Shown here one piece after another: positions 1 through 8,622 of a stretch of DNA of 64,000 bases. This stretch comes from a virus (Duplodnaviria; Heunggongvirae; Uroviricota; Caudoviricetes), in IMG/VR virus record IMGVR_UViG_3300037461_000469, positions 29,752 through 93,751 of that record; one strand, written 5' to 3'. Both the position numbers and the translations under genes were made by a program. Positions within the stretch are counted from its first letter, which is position 1; each line of letters begins with the position of its first letter. Below the pieces are notes generated by a model that worked only from the letters and a program-made list of their open reading frames with translations, did not search any database and was not told where the DNA came from.

Positions 1-26
1 ATCGCTTATCGGACACGTTTTTGGTA

Positions 27-212
27 TCATCCTTCACCTTTAAATTTAGCAAGCGTAGCCTTACCATAATGACACAATCGACAAGCCCGTTTCGTTAGAT
101 AAAAACCGTCAATAATCCCATCGGCTTTATACGTTAATCCAAACGTACACCTATTGCTAAATATTACAATAAATTTTTGTTTATTGTTTATTGGACACTT
201 TTTCGGTATCAT
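27..212 (-). CDS. small Cys-rich protein, member 1 of MIPKxCP(L/I)NxKxK(L/F) paralog family (putative zinc ribbon)
   Basis: ORF; N-terminus MIPKKCPINNKQKF is shared with the next three ORFs and with two ORFs elsewhere (34794..35120, 48417..48767); 4-nt start/stop overlaps with the neighbouring gene. Confidence 0.55.
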   Translation of the reverse strand: MIPKKCPINNKQKFIVIFSNRCTFGLTYKADGIIDGFYLTKRACRLCHYGKATLAKFKGEG

Positions 213-420
213 CGTCTTTTAACCCCATCCACGTCAGCCATTGTTTCATTTCCTCTTTAAAATTCGCTGTAGAGTATTTTTGTTGTCTCTTCTTCTCTGC
301 GCTGTAGGGACATTCTTTGCAGAAGGATAATTTCTCGGAAACCTCTTCCAACAGGCACTCGGTTTTGAGTGTTGCTTGGAGTTTGCTCTTATCGTTCAGA
401 GGACAGTCTTTCGGTATCAT
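181..420 (-). CDS. paralog family member 2 (MIPKDCPLNDKSKL; CxxC...CxxC)
   Basis: ORF with conserved N-terminal motif and four Cys. Confidence 0.55.
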   Translation of the reverse strand: MIPKDCPLNDKSKLQATLKTECLLEEVSEKLSFCKECPYSAEKKRQQKYSTANFKEEMKQWLTWMGLKDDDTEKVSNKQ

Positions 421-691
421 AATAGTATGTGGGAATTCCCTGTTGTTTCATCATGTCCCTTTTAAATTCTTCTACCTTCCTCTTTCTTTCTAGTTCCTTT
501 TCTAGTTCCTCTCTCAATCGTGATATTCTTTCTCTCATTACTTCTTTCTCACGCTCCAGTTGCGCATCTTTCCCGTATTGGCAATCCTTGCAATCTTCAG
601 CACCTTTTGAGTACTCTTTAATGGCGCATATGTTTTGGAGCGTGGTTTGCAGTTTGTACTTGTTGTTCAGAGGACAGGTCTTGGGTATCAT
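389..691 (-). CDS. paralog family member 3 (start moved to internal MIPKTCPLNNKYKL)
   Basis: The family motif begins at an internal Met, 27 nt inside the ORF; coiled-coil-like E/R/K-rich C-terminus. Confidence 0.5.
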   Translation of the reverse strand: MIPKTCPLNNKYKLQTTLQNICAIKEYSKGAEDCKDCQYGKDAQLEREKEVMRERISRLREELEKELERKRKVEEFKRDMMKQQGIPTYYYDTERLSSER

Positions 692-891
692 TTCTCGTTC
701 CTGATATGACGGGGGCATTTTTCACAGGGTTTCATCTTGAACTCAAAATAAATAGTGTGATTAACCCCGCCACCAACACTATACATTACATCCCCCAATA
801 ATCTAGGTTTAACACCTTCACAAAAAACCTTGGGATTTAATGCCATTATAAACCTAGCCTTCAGAGGCAGAACGCACTTTCTCGGTATCAT
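688..891 (-). CDS. paralog family member 4 (MIPRKCVLPLKARF; C-terminal CEKCPRH)
   Basis: ORF in tandem with the three above. Confidence 0.5.
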   Translation of the reverse strand: MIPRKCVLPLKARFIMALNPKVFCEGVKPRLLGDVMYSVGGGVNHTIYFEFKMKPCEKCPRHIRNEK

Positions 892-1106
892 TTTCTATTC
901 TTTTTTAGGTGGGCGATTATTCTTTCTTCCACAGCGGGGGTCGTGTAATTTCCTTCTTTTAGGAACTCTCTACAGTTCTTGTAGCGTCCATCATCATCAA
1001 AAAATATGTACGCGCAGATGTTTGTTCCTAGGGATTTACGGCAATACTTACAATGCCATTCGTCAGGGTGCAGGGCTTTCCAAAGCGTGTACTTGTCAGG
1101 CTTCAT
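888..1106 (-). CDS. hypothetical Cys-rich protein
   Basis: ORF translationally coupled to its neighbours; CKYC and NC motifs. Confidence 0.45.
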   Translation of the reverse strand: MKPDKYTLWKALHPDEWHCKYCRKSLGTNICAYIFFDDDGRYKNCREFLKEGNYTTPAVEERIIAHLKKNRK

Positions 1107-1489
1107 CCCTTTGTTTCTGTTTCGATGAACTCGGCCTTGGTGATTTCCTTAAAATCAACATCAAGAGGTTCTTGTATAACAGTTCCTCTGGCGGCTTTCC
1201 CACCAATCCAATACCCCACATTCTTGCTCAGTAAACTATGTCCTTCTTTGATGACAATTGTTTGCCAAGTGGTCTTGTCTTTTTTATAAGCATCTTGTTG
1301 TGTTTTGCGGGAAATTTCCTTCGGGAACCTGAAAATTTTTACTTCCTTCGTTACTGGGTCTTTATGATGGATGTTGTAAAGAATGTAATGGATTTGGTAG
1401 TTAAGCCACAAGTCCCTAGCCTTTTCCAATTTTTCGATACGTTCTTCTTCCGCTTTTCTCTTCTTGGTTTTAAAAAACTCTGATATCAT
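1103..1489 (-). CDS. hypothetical protein
   Basis: ORF, tightly packed. Confidence 0.5.
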   Translation of the reverse strand: MISEFFKTKKRKAEEERIEKLEKARDLWLNYQIHYILYNIHHKDPVTKEVKIFRFPKEISRKTQQDAYKKDKTTWQTIVIKEGHSLLSKNVGYWIGGKAARGTVIQEPLDVDFKEITKAEFIETETKG

Positions 1490-1491
1490 TC

Positions 1492-1809
1492 TTATCTCTC
1501 CATCTTTACGATTGATAATCCTGCCCTGTCTAAGTTGGAAAATTTTCCCACCAAGTATTCCTGTCCGTTGTTCAGGTCTTTCACGATGTAATAGGTGATA
1601 TACCCTGCTTCTCCGACTTCGCTGATGCTGATGCGGTTCGACCTGACCTGTTCCTTGACTTCCTGAACGGGCATTGTGTACCCGTTGCGATTCTCCGCTC
1701 TACCCCTTCCTTTCGGATTTAATACAAACGGGACGAGAAGGGCTATGAGGATGCCAACAATGGCAACACAAATCAAGACCTCAATCAACGTAAATCCTTT
1801 CTTCTTCAT
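1492..1809 (-). CDS. type IV pilin/pseudopilin-like protein (prepilin-type N-terminus)
   Basis: N-terminus MKKKGFTLIEVLICVAIVGILIALL matches the class III signal peptide (G|FTLIE followed by a hydrophobic helix). Confidence 0.6.
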   Translation of the reverse strand: MKKKGFTLIEVLICVAIVGILIALLVPFVLNPKGRGRAENRNGYTMPVQEVKEQVRSNRISISEVGEAGYITYYIVKDLNNGQEYLVGKFSNLDRAGLSIVKMER

Positions 1810-1825
1810 TTTTAAACTCCTTTGT

Positions 1826-2104
1826 CTAATCTTTCTTTTCTTTTTTATTTTCTCGTGTTTTCCTGTACTCTTTGAATGGCGGGAGCAAATCAGGACGGCG
1901 TTCCTTTATCGACATCAGCACCTTGTCGATGCTCAGGTTGATAAGGAAGAACTGTACGGGAAAATTGGAAGTGTCCTTCAGATTTTCTAGGTTGATAAAT
2001 TCGATTTCGGATGCGTGTATCAAGTCCTCTCCGAAGTCGGATACTGCGGTGATGATACAATCACCCAACGATTTCTTTTCTCCCTTGTTTCTGTAAGTTG
2101 CCAT
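1826..2104 (-). CDS. hypothetical protein
   Basis: ORF. Confidence 0.45.
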   Translation of the reverse strand: MATYRNKGEKKSLGDCIITAVSDFGEDLIHASEIEFINLENLKDTSNFPVQFFLINLSIDKVLMSIKERRPDLLPPFKEYRKTRENKKEKKD

Positions 2105-2317
2105 TTATTCCTCTAGGTAAACTGCCACGACTTGTTTTTGGTGGATGTTGTTAGTTGGAATCAATTGCTTGAACTCCTTCTTGATTTCATCGCACCCCTT
2201 CTGAATCCCGATGGTTTTAAATTCCTTTTCGCAAGTGCATTTGTGCTTCATTAGGAAAAACTCGTAGGCATCGTAGTCTTCGATTTCCTCGTACAAAACG
2301 TGCCTGATAACCCTCAT
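2105..2317 (-). CDS. hypothetical protein
   Basis: ORF. Confidence 0.4.
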   Translation of the reverse strand: MRVIRHVLYEEIEDYDAYEFFLMKHKCTCEKEFKTIGIQKGCDEIKKEFKQLIPTNNIHQKQVVAVYLEE

Positions 2318-2320
2318 GTT

Positions 2321-2572
2321 CTATCCTATCACAACCCGTTTGGTTTTCTTCTTTTCCTTTTCCTCGTCAATCATTCTTGCGGCAAACCCAAATTTGGTAG
2401 CGGCGTGTTCGTTCAACTCCCGAATCAGCGTTGCAGGGCAAGTGTCCCCTTTTTGACGGTCTACGATTACCCGAACTTCAGCATTTTGGTTGTAGGTTTT
2501 TAGAACTTTAATTAACGCCTTTATCGTCATTGGCCCCTCCTTAACAATATTTATTCTTTGGGGAGTCGTCAT
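2321..2572 (-). CDS. hypothetical protein
   Basis: ORF. Confidence 0.45.
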   Translation of the reverse strand: MTTPQRINIVKEGPMTIKALIKVLKTYNQNAEVRVIVDRQKGDTCPATLIRELNEHAATKFGFAARMIDEEKEKKKTKRVVIG

Positions 2573-2838
2573 TTGTAAAGAACTTCCTTCTTGAAAGAGG
2601 CCTTCAAGTACTTGACTGTCTGCACGATAAAAACACCTGATACAGCGGCAAGAGCAACGATAATCAGAAGCCTTTTGGTAACTTCAGGAAAAGAATGTAG
2701 AGTGCCGTTGATGAAGCCGATGGATGAGCCGATGAAAAAGATGCGGCCTACGTGTTTCAGGTAGGACATATCTTTCATTCCCTGCGTAGTGTTACGCTTG
2801 ATTTTCCAAATCCGATATCGCCTGATTAATTCGTTCAT
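2569..2838 (-). CDS. small membrane protein
   Basis: ORF with a hydrophobic segment; coupled to the downstream gene. Confidence 0.45.
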   Translation of the reverse strand: MNELIRRYRIWKIKRNTTQGMKDMSYLKHVGRIFFIGSSIGFINGTLHSFPEVTKRLLIIVALAAVSGVFIVQTVKYLKASFKKEVLYK

Positions 2839-3860
2839 TCTTTCTCCTTCAAAAGAAATTCGTTGTTCAGCACCTTGAAACTGATACGGCTACGCATTTT
2901 CTCGGAAAAGTCTCCGTAGGTCGCACGAACCACGATGCCTTCCCTGTCGTTCTGCGTTCCGTTGTATTTACCCTTCGCCATTTCCAAGAGTTGCTCTTGG
3001 TCGTAGTGGAATCCTTCACCCATTTGCACTAACGGGACACGCTCTAGGCCGAACATTGTAACGACCTGAAACATCCTAGGAACGGACAGATACTTTCCAT
3101 CGTCAATGTCGTACACATCGAAAACGAAAAGCGAGTGTTCGGTCAATCCCAACTTGTTCTTTTGGATTCCTGGGCCGCAAATTTCGCCCTGAATGGCGAT
3201 GTTCGCACCCCACTCCCGCATCTTCTTTTCTAAGTCGTACTTACGAGCCATCTGCCAATAGACAGAGCCTTCGCTGTCCTTCTTTTCCATATTGCGTGAG
3301 CAGACCCCGAACTCGCCACGGTTAAAGTAAATCGTGCAACTCGTCCCATCACACTTTGTCGAGATGTAGTAGGACTTGCCACGCAATTCATTAAGAACTT
3401 TGGGGACGTTCTGAATCCGCTCTTCGTCCGTTTTCGGAAACAGCGGCGGGAAATTTCCCTTGGTATCACCTTGGTTAAAGCCGCCAGGAACGGGTTTCTC
3501 GTAGTGAGTAATCCCTAGAGTGCCTGAAACGTCCTGACCGACCTCGTATTCAAGATGGGTCAGCGGCGGCAGAATTGTCAGCGGGAAAACAATCCCCTGT
3601 GAAAGCGTTCCACGAAGTTTAATCGTTTTGATGCGGAACTTTTCCTTCGCAAGAAAGGCAAACTCAGGCTTGTCGGGAACGATGGTGTCGATTTGAATAT
3701 AGACCACCGCATCACCAACTTTAAACTCACCCTTCTTGACTACCACTTGCCACCCAAGCACGTAGGCCTTTTCGATGGCATCAGCGTTTTCAATCGGCTG
3801 AATGTCGATAATTTTTTGAATTGATGCTAACATTTTTAAATCTCCTTGACCTGAATCCAA
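2835..3860 (-). CDS. ATP-dependent RNA ligase-like nucleotidyltransferase with N-terminal OB-like domain
   Basis: KxDG adenylation motif (ISTKCDGTSCTIY) in the middle of the protein; N-terminal region looks like an OB/tRNA-binding fold, as in DraRnl-type ligases. Confidence 0.55.
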   Translation of the reverse strand: MDSGQGDLKMLASIQKIIDIQPIENADAIEKAYVLGWQVVVKKGEFKVGDAVVYIQIDTIVPDKPEFAFLAKEKFRIKTIKLRGTLSQGIVFPLTILPPLTHLEYEVGQDVSGTLGITHYEKPVPGGFNQGDTKGNFPPLFPKTDEERIQNVPKVLNELRGKSYYISTKCDGTSCTIYFNRGEFGVCSRNMEKKDSEGSVYWQMARKYDLEKKMREWGANIAIQGEICGPGIQKNKLGLTEHSLFVFDVYDIDDGKYLSVPRMFQVVTMFGLERVPLVQMGEGFHYDQEQLLEMAKGKYNGTQNDREGIVVRATYGDFSEKMRSRISFKVLNNEFLLKEKE

Positions 3861-4012
3861 AAGCCACCGTAGTAGCCGTTGTGTTCGTTGTGGGTCTCAA
3901 ACACGACAGTTTCATCTTCGGCGTGAATCCGAAGGAACTGAACCTCGTTCCCGCCTAACATTTGAATCATCACACCCAATCCTAATTGTGAACTGCTCAT
4001 TTTATTTCTCCT

Positions 4013-4234
4013 TTAACTTGCTTCCGTCCATTCCTTCAGCGTCTTTGCGAAAGAATGGAGTTGACTTTCAGAACCACGCAGAACAATATGGAAATCGCTT
4101 TCAAGCCATCCCTTGCTCTCGACCCATTCAAGGTCAAGTCCGAAGAGTTTCGCCTTTTCAAATTGACTGCGCACTTGCGGACAAGTCAACCTTCCCACCG
4201 TCAGCGTAGTTTTTAAAGTCCCTACCCGTTCCAT
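4013..4234 (-). CDS. hypothetical protein
   Basis: ORF. Confidence 0.4.
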   Translation of the reverse strand: MERVGTLKTTLTVGRLTCPQVRSQFEKAKLFGLDLEWVESKGWLESDFHIVLRGSESQLHSFAKTLKEWTEAS

Positions 4235-4236
4235 TT

Positions 4237-4488
4237 TTAATACCCCGTAATTCTGCGAATCGCTTCCTTCAGTTTGAAGGCAACCTCGCCCGAAATCTCG
4301 ACAGGCTTCATCAGCGTGGCCTCGCTCACGTAGGGGCGAAGCAACTCTAAGGCTTCATTTGTTTCCTGCAACCTTTCCTTGATATCTTTTTCGTGGCAAG
4401 GCTTGCAGATGATATCGTCCTCGTTGTCAACCGAATGACTGCAACGACTGCACCAAATATCAACATCAACATCGTAACTAATAGGCAT
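4237..4488 (-). CDS. hypothetical Cys-rich protein
   Basis: ORF; CSRCSH...CKPCHEKD. Confidence 0.45.
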   Translation of the reverse strand: MPISYDVDVDIWCSRCSHSVDNEDDIICKPCHEKDIKERLQETNEALELLRPYVSEATLMKPVEISGEVAFKLKEAIRRITGY

Positions 4489-4489
4489 T

Positions 4490-4726
4490 TTATTTCTCCT
4501 TTATTCCTCTAGCTGCCACAATCGTGTCGTACATTTCGTACATCTTGTCCCACAACACGTCAAAGTTTATAGACCTAGGCGCACTATTAGCGACCAAATC
4601 TTCCAACCACTTGTAGGCCTTTTCCCTATCTTCATCAGAAGGGAGCCTATCAGCGAAGGCGTAATACTGCTCGTGGAGAATCCCCACCTTTTTCTTAAAT
4701 AGACGCTTCTTCATTTTCTTAGCCAT
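4490..4726 (-). CDS. hypothetical protein
   Basis: ORF. Confidence 0.45.
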   Translation of the reverse strand: MAKKMKKRLFKKKVGILHEQYYAFADRLPSDEDREKAYKWLEDLVANSAPRSINFDVLWDKMYEMYDTIVAARGIKEK

Positions 4727-4729
4727 TTT

Positions 4730-6016
4730 TTACTCCTCTTCCTTCTCATCATTCCACATAATGATTTTTTCACCGAACGGGAAATCCATTTCCCTATTGC
4801 TCTTCTGCAAGACCCAAAAGGTCTGCCAATTGAACTTGCCCACGGCCTTTTCGATTTGGTTCTGGTCCCCGTAACCGTCCGTGAAATAGAACAGGGCTTT
4901 GATGTCCTTGTCCTTGTTCTTCGCCAAGTCTTCGAAAACGGGGATGAAGGACGTGCCGCCACCACCCGTCAGCACCTTGTTGATGTCGTTGCGGAAATTC
5001 TTCAAGCCCTTGATACGAGCCTTGCCGTGAATCATCGAGTCGCAACCGTACAGCACGACCTCTAGGAACGGCATCATCCTGAGCATCGATTTCAGTTCAC
5101 CGATGAATTCGATGATATCGTCCTGAGAGATTGAGCCTGACGTGTCAAGAGCGAGAGCGACCTTGGCCTTCGAACCCGTCTGCCCTGGCAGATACAGGCC
5201 GTAAGGAAGGTAGGCACGGTTGACCTTGGCGGTAGTGTACTGACCACGCCCGATTTCCTGAATCTTGCGCTTGATGAACCGCTTCCAATCGACATGACCT
5301 TCCAACTCTTCCATGTACTCGTCAATGAGCCTCTGCATTTCGGCGGGAACATCGCCCTTTTCCTTTGCACTCAGACCCGAAGCGGTCTTGAAGATTTTCT
5401 TGTCGATATCGTTCATTTGGTCTTGTAAACTTTTGCCCGTCTTTTTCTTGGTACTGGCAACGCCATCGCCCGTCATTTCCGAACTCGCACCGTGGTTGTC
5501 GAACTGACCGAAATCCCCTGCGTTACCCTGCATCCGCTGATTGGACTTGCTAGGGTTTTTCTTCTGCTCTTCTTTCAGCAGGGCAAGAATTTTCTCGGCG
5601 TTCATGCCCTTGAAGGCTTCATCATACAGGATTCCCTTCGGGAACTCCAACAGGTTGTCCTTGGTAGCCATTTCGTTGATGATGATGGAGTTGATAGCGT
5701 AGTCGAGAGCGAAGTTCAACTGCTTGCGGTCAGCCTCATTCTTGATGCTGTTGTGGATGTTAAAGCGCATAAAATGCTTGAACAGGATGTGCTGAAGTTC
5801 GTGCAGAAGGCACGTCATAACCTGATTCTTGTTTAACTTTTCAACGAAATCCTTGTTGTACATAATTTTTACGTTGTCGGTTGCCATCGTGTCGATGTCA
5901 GGGCGGGTGGTTTCCTCAATCGGGAACTCCAACAGAAGTCCACCGAACAGCCGATGCCGAATCAACAGACGGCACTTGGCGTACTTGATTTTCTCAGCCA
6001 CGGTCATATTAGCCAT
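4730..6016 (-). CDS. HExxH metallopeptidase-like N-domain + von Willebrand factor A (MIDAS) domain protein
   Basis: HELQH zinc-binding motif in the N-terminal part; DTSGSIS MIDAS motif followed by TDGYGD in the C-terminal part; driven by a consensus promoter at 6044..6072. Confidence 0.6.
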   Translation of the reverse strand: MANMTVAEKIKYAKCRLLIRHRLFGGLLLEFPIEETTRPDIDTMATDNVKIMYNKDFVEKLNKNQVMTCLLHELQHILFKHFMRFNIHNSIKNEADRKQLNFALDYAINSIIINEMATKDNLLEFPKGILYDEAFKGMNAEKILALLKEEQKKNPSKSNQRMQGNAGDFGQFDNHGASSEMTGDGVASTKKKTGKSLQDQMNDIDKKIFKTASGLSAKEKGDVPAEMQRLIDEYMEELEGHVDWKRFIKRKIQEIGRGQYTTAKVNRAYLPYGLYLPGQTGSKAKVALALDTSGSISQDDIIEFIGELKSMLRMMPFLEVVLYGCDSMIHGKARIKGLKNFRNDINKVLTGGGGTSFIPVFEDLAKNKDKDIKALFYFTDGYGDQNQIEKAVGKFNWQTFWVLQKSNREMDFPFGEKIIMWNDEKEEE

Positions 6017-6043
6017 TATTTCGTCTCCTTTATCATCATTAAT

Positions 6044-6072
6044 ATTATAGCAAATAAAACCCTATTTGTCAA
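6044..6072 (-). promoter_or_regulatory. sigma70-type promoter, TTGACA-N17-TATAAT
   Basis: The reverse complement reads TTGACAaatagggttttatttgcTATAAT, upstream of the VWA gene. Confidence 0.7.
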
Positions 6073-6116
6073 GGGTTTTTGTACCTAAATTATCCTTTGA
6101 TATCGGCTTTTCTTGC

Positions 6117-6554
6117 TTACTTATCATCTTTTTTCCAAACGAATTTGTCGCAAACCTCAGTAGGCAGGGATTCGTGAAATAATTCGTTAGATTCAAACGT
6201 AATATTTTTCTCGTAGTTTTCGTTGTCGAACGGGCAGGGCTTCGAATCGAGGCGAAGGCCGTCCCAATTGACGCACTTTTCGCACATCGGCAGGTCGTGC
6301 TTTAACTTGGATTGTAAGCGAATTTTTTCCTTCAACGGGAAGAGTTTCCGCTCACGGTCAGCCAACTCTTTAATGTCGTTGTAGATTTCAAGGCCAAACA
6401 TTTCACGGAAACGCTTGACCCCGATTCTGTGCATTTCTTTGATTAGGTCGTTGATTTCCTTGTCCTTGTGAAAGGTCTTTTCCCTGCGCTTTTCCAAGTC
6501 TTCGATATCTTCCGAACCCCAAACTCCGTGCGGATTAAAAATACTGTTAGCCAT
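6117..6554 (-). CDS. hypothetical protein
   Basis: ORF. Confidence 0.5.
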   Translation of the reverse strand: MANSIFNPHGVWGSEDIEDLEKRREKTFHKDKEINDLIKEMHRIGVKRFREMFGLEIYNDIKELADRERKLFPLKEKIRLQSKLKHDLPMCEKCVNWDGLRLDSKPCPFDNENYEKNITFESNELFHESLPTEVCDKFVWKKDDK

Positions 6555-7012
6555 TATTTACTCCTAGGAGCCGATTCGAACCTACGGCAGACGGAATAAC
6601 GCCACCTAGTTCCTGAGCGTCTCAGCACGAGCGTGTCTTTGCACCCTTCGGGCGGGTCAGTCGTGAACGTGCCATCGGGAAGCCATCTGCCACCCTGCCG
6701 AATTTCTTTCCCGTTCGCATCAAGCCTGACCACGTTAAATCTCAGGTAGGCGTGGTAGGGAACTCCTTTGTACTTGAAACAGTACCAACGCCATTTCTCA
6801 GGCGCAGGGGCGGGATTCAGATTACCGCCACTAATAAATTGCTGATGGGTAGGCCTTCCACCCACGATATTTCTCCAACAGAATTTGCAATTGTCGCAAC
6901 TGAGAAAATCCGATTTAAAAGACTTACCCTGTAATTTCAGGGAAAGTTCAATCTTCCTCAATGCTTCTGATTCGCCTAATAATCTTTTACTCATAATTCT
7001 ATGATAGCACAT
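6554..7012 (-). CDS. hypothetical protein
   Basis: ORF. Confidence 0.5.
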   Translation of the reverse strand: MCYHRIMSKRLLGESEALRKIELSLKLQGKSFKSDFLSCDNCKFCWRNIVGGRPTHQQFISGGNLNPAPAPEKWRWYCFKYKGVPYHAYLRFNVVRLDANGKEIRQGGRWLPDGTFTTDPPEGCKDTLVLRRSGTRWRYSVCRRFESAPRSK

Positions 7013-7092
7013 TTTTTCGTGTTTGTCAAGCCCTGTCTATATTATACCACATCTTGAAGCAAAACAATAAATACTAGTAGGAGTTCAGAACT

Positions 7093-7407
7093 ATGTTAAA
7101 AGCAAAGATATTGAGAGAAGCAAATGCCCCTGCACCGGCCGCACCCGCTCAGGCCGCACCCGCCCAACAAGCCCCTGCACAGTCCGCTCCCGCACCCGCC
7201 CAACAAGCCCCTGCACAGGCAGACCCAAAACAGGCACAGGCGATGGTGGATTTAATCGTTAAAATCATAACGCCAATTATCCAAAAGACGATTCAAGATG
7301 CTTTGAAACAGGCACAGCCAAAAGCCCCTGCCGCTCCTGCCAAGCAACCCGCCCCTGCTCAAAAACCCGCTCAGGCTCCTGCACAGAAACAACCCGCCGC
7401 TAAATAA
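7093..7407 (+). CDS. low-complexity Ala/Pro/Gln-repeat protein (APAQ repeats)
   Basis: Plus-strand ORF with RBS AGGAG 6 nt upstream; sequence dominated by repeated APAQ/AQAP units flanking a central helical segment. Confidence 0.5.
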   Translation: MLKAKILREANAPAPAAPAQAAPAQQAPAQSAPAPAQQAPAQADPKQAQAMVDLIVKIITPIIQKTIQDALKQAQPKAPAAPAKQPAPAQKPAQAPAQKQPAAK

Positions 7408-7408
7408 T

Positions 7409-7942
7409 TTACCTTTTAACGACAACTAGTTGTGTTTTGATTTTCGGACTTTCCAACGATTTAACGGCTTCAATATTTCTTTCGCTATCATCGTAAAACC
7501 GCACATCATCGTAATCATCCAATCGGGACAGAATTGCGTTCTTTTTCAGTCTCGCTAGTTCCTCGCCTGTTGCTCCCTTTTTACCCCCCACGATTATCAG
7601 GCGGTCAGGGTCAACCCACTTCGACAGGAACTCGCGCAAGCCGCTTGTGTTCGGCCTAGCGGTTAAAATCATAATATCCGAATCACCGCCCACTATTTTG
7701 CGGAAGGCGGTCTTCAGAAAATTGGTAGGTTTCGGATTAATCAATCCCCCTTGCTCAAAATCAGAAAGGTCGATTTTATCGTCAGGTTCGACTTTGTAAT
7801 CGGCAAATTCCTGTGTCGATAAGGATAGGCCTTTGTTCGGGATTCTGATTTTAGCATCGGTGGTTGCCAGGCAATCATCGAAATCAAATACACGGAGTTT
7901 TCTTTTTATTTTTTTAAATTTCATATTATTAAATCTCTCCAA
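7409..7942 (-). CDS. HAD-superfamily hydrolase (possible polynucleotide phosphatase)
   Basis: HAD motif I VFDFDDCLA (DxD), with later ILTARP and GGDSD motifs. Confidence 0.5.
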   Translation of the reverse strand: MERFNNMKFKKIKRKLRVFDFDDCLATTDAKIRIPNKGLSLSTQEFADYKVEPDDKIDLSDFEQGGLINPKPTNFLKTAFRKIVGGDSDIMILTARPNTSGLREFLSKWVDPDRLIIVGGKKGATGEELARLKKNAILSRLDDYDDVRFYDDSERNIEAVKSLESPKIKTQLVVVKR

Positions 7943-8613
7943 CTTTCATTATTTTTTATTCTGTAAAATTGTTTTTTAGAAATATTAAAATAACTAAAAA
8001 TTTCTTTTCTAGGAATTTTATTTTCGTTTATCAATTTCCTAATTTCGATTACGTTTTCTTTTGTTAGTTTAGCATTGGGATTGGTTTCCCCTTTCAATTT
8101 TTCTTTTACTTTTGGGTATTCTTGTAAAAATATTCTTCTTTTTTCTGATTGTAATTTTTTGGTTTTTTCAAGATGTTTTTTCCCCCAAAAAGGATGTTGT
8201 TTTCCTCTCATTTCTTTAGGGTGTTCTTTTAAATATTTTTTCCTTTTTTCCTTCATTAGATTTTTAGTTTCTTGTGATGGTGTCCAACCTAAACTACCTT
8301 CTCCACCTTCTGTTAAATTCCAACCTATTTTTTGTTTAGGGTCATAAGTATTTCTATTTTTAATTTGAAATTTTTCTCTAAGAAAAAGTAATTTTTCAAA
8401 TTCTTTTTCATTTCCTGTGTTTTTATGAACTTCTAAAATTTTGAAACAATTTTTATCAATTGGGAAATATTTTCTTAATGCATTATGGAAATATTTATTA
8501 GAATTTTTTACATTAAAATGGTCTTTAAATCGTTGTTTTAAATCAAAAGTAATCCCTACATATTCTTTATTACAAATTTTGAAAACATAAATAAATCCCC
8601 AATTAATCATCAC
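7921..8613 (-). CDS. GIY-YIG homing endonuclease
   Basis: GFIYVF...YVGIT...R...H GIY-YIG module; repeated NUMOD3-like basic motifs; AT-rich island. Confidence 0.75.
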   Translation of the reverse strand: MMINWGFIYVFKICNKEYVGITFDLKQRFKDHFNVKNSNKYFHNALRKYFPIDKNCFKILEVHKNTGNEKEFEKLLFLREKFQIKNRNTYDPKQKIGWNLTEGGEGSLGWTPSQETKNLMKEKRKKYLKEHPKEMRGKQHPFWGKKHLEKTKKLQSEKRRIFLQEYPKVKEKLKGETNPNAKLTKENVIEIRKLINENKIPRKEIFSYFNISKKQFYRIKNNESWRDLII

Positions 8614-8622
8614 TTGTATTTA

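Noticed and set aside
4711-5065. ORFs 4711..4965, 4794..5045 and 4856..5065 overlapping the VWA gene
   Set aside because: They are alternative-frame or antisense ORFs inside a well-supported 428-aa gene. Their Arg/Gly/Pro-rich composition is typical of spurious GC-frame ORFs.
7405-7450. Palindrome ACAACTAGTTGT followed by GTTTTGATTTT as a terminator for the APAQ gene
   Set aside because: The stem is only 4-6 bp and AT-rich. Too weak to call as a terminator.
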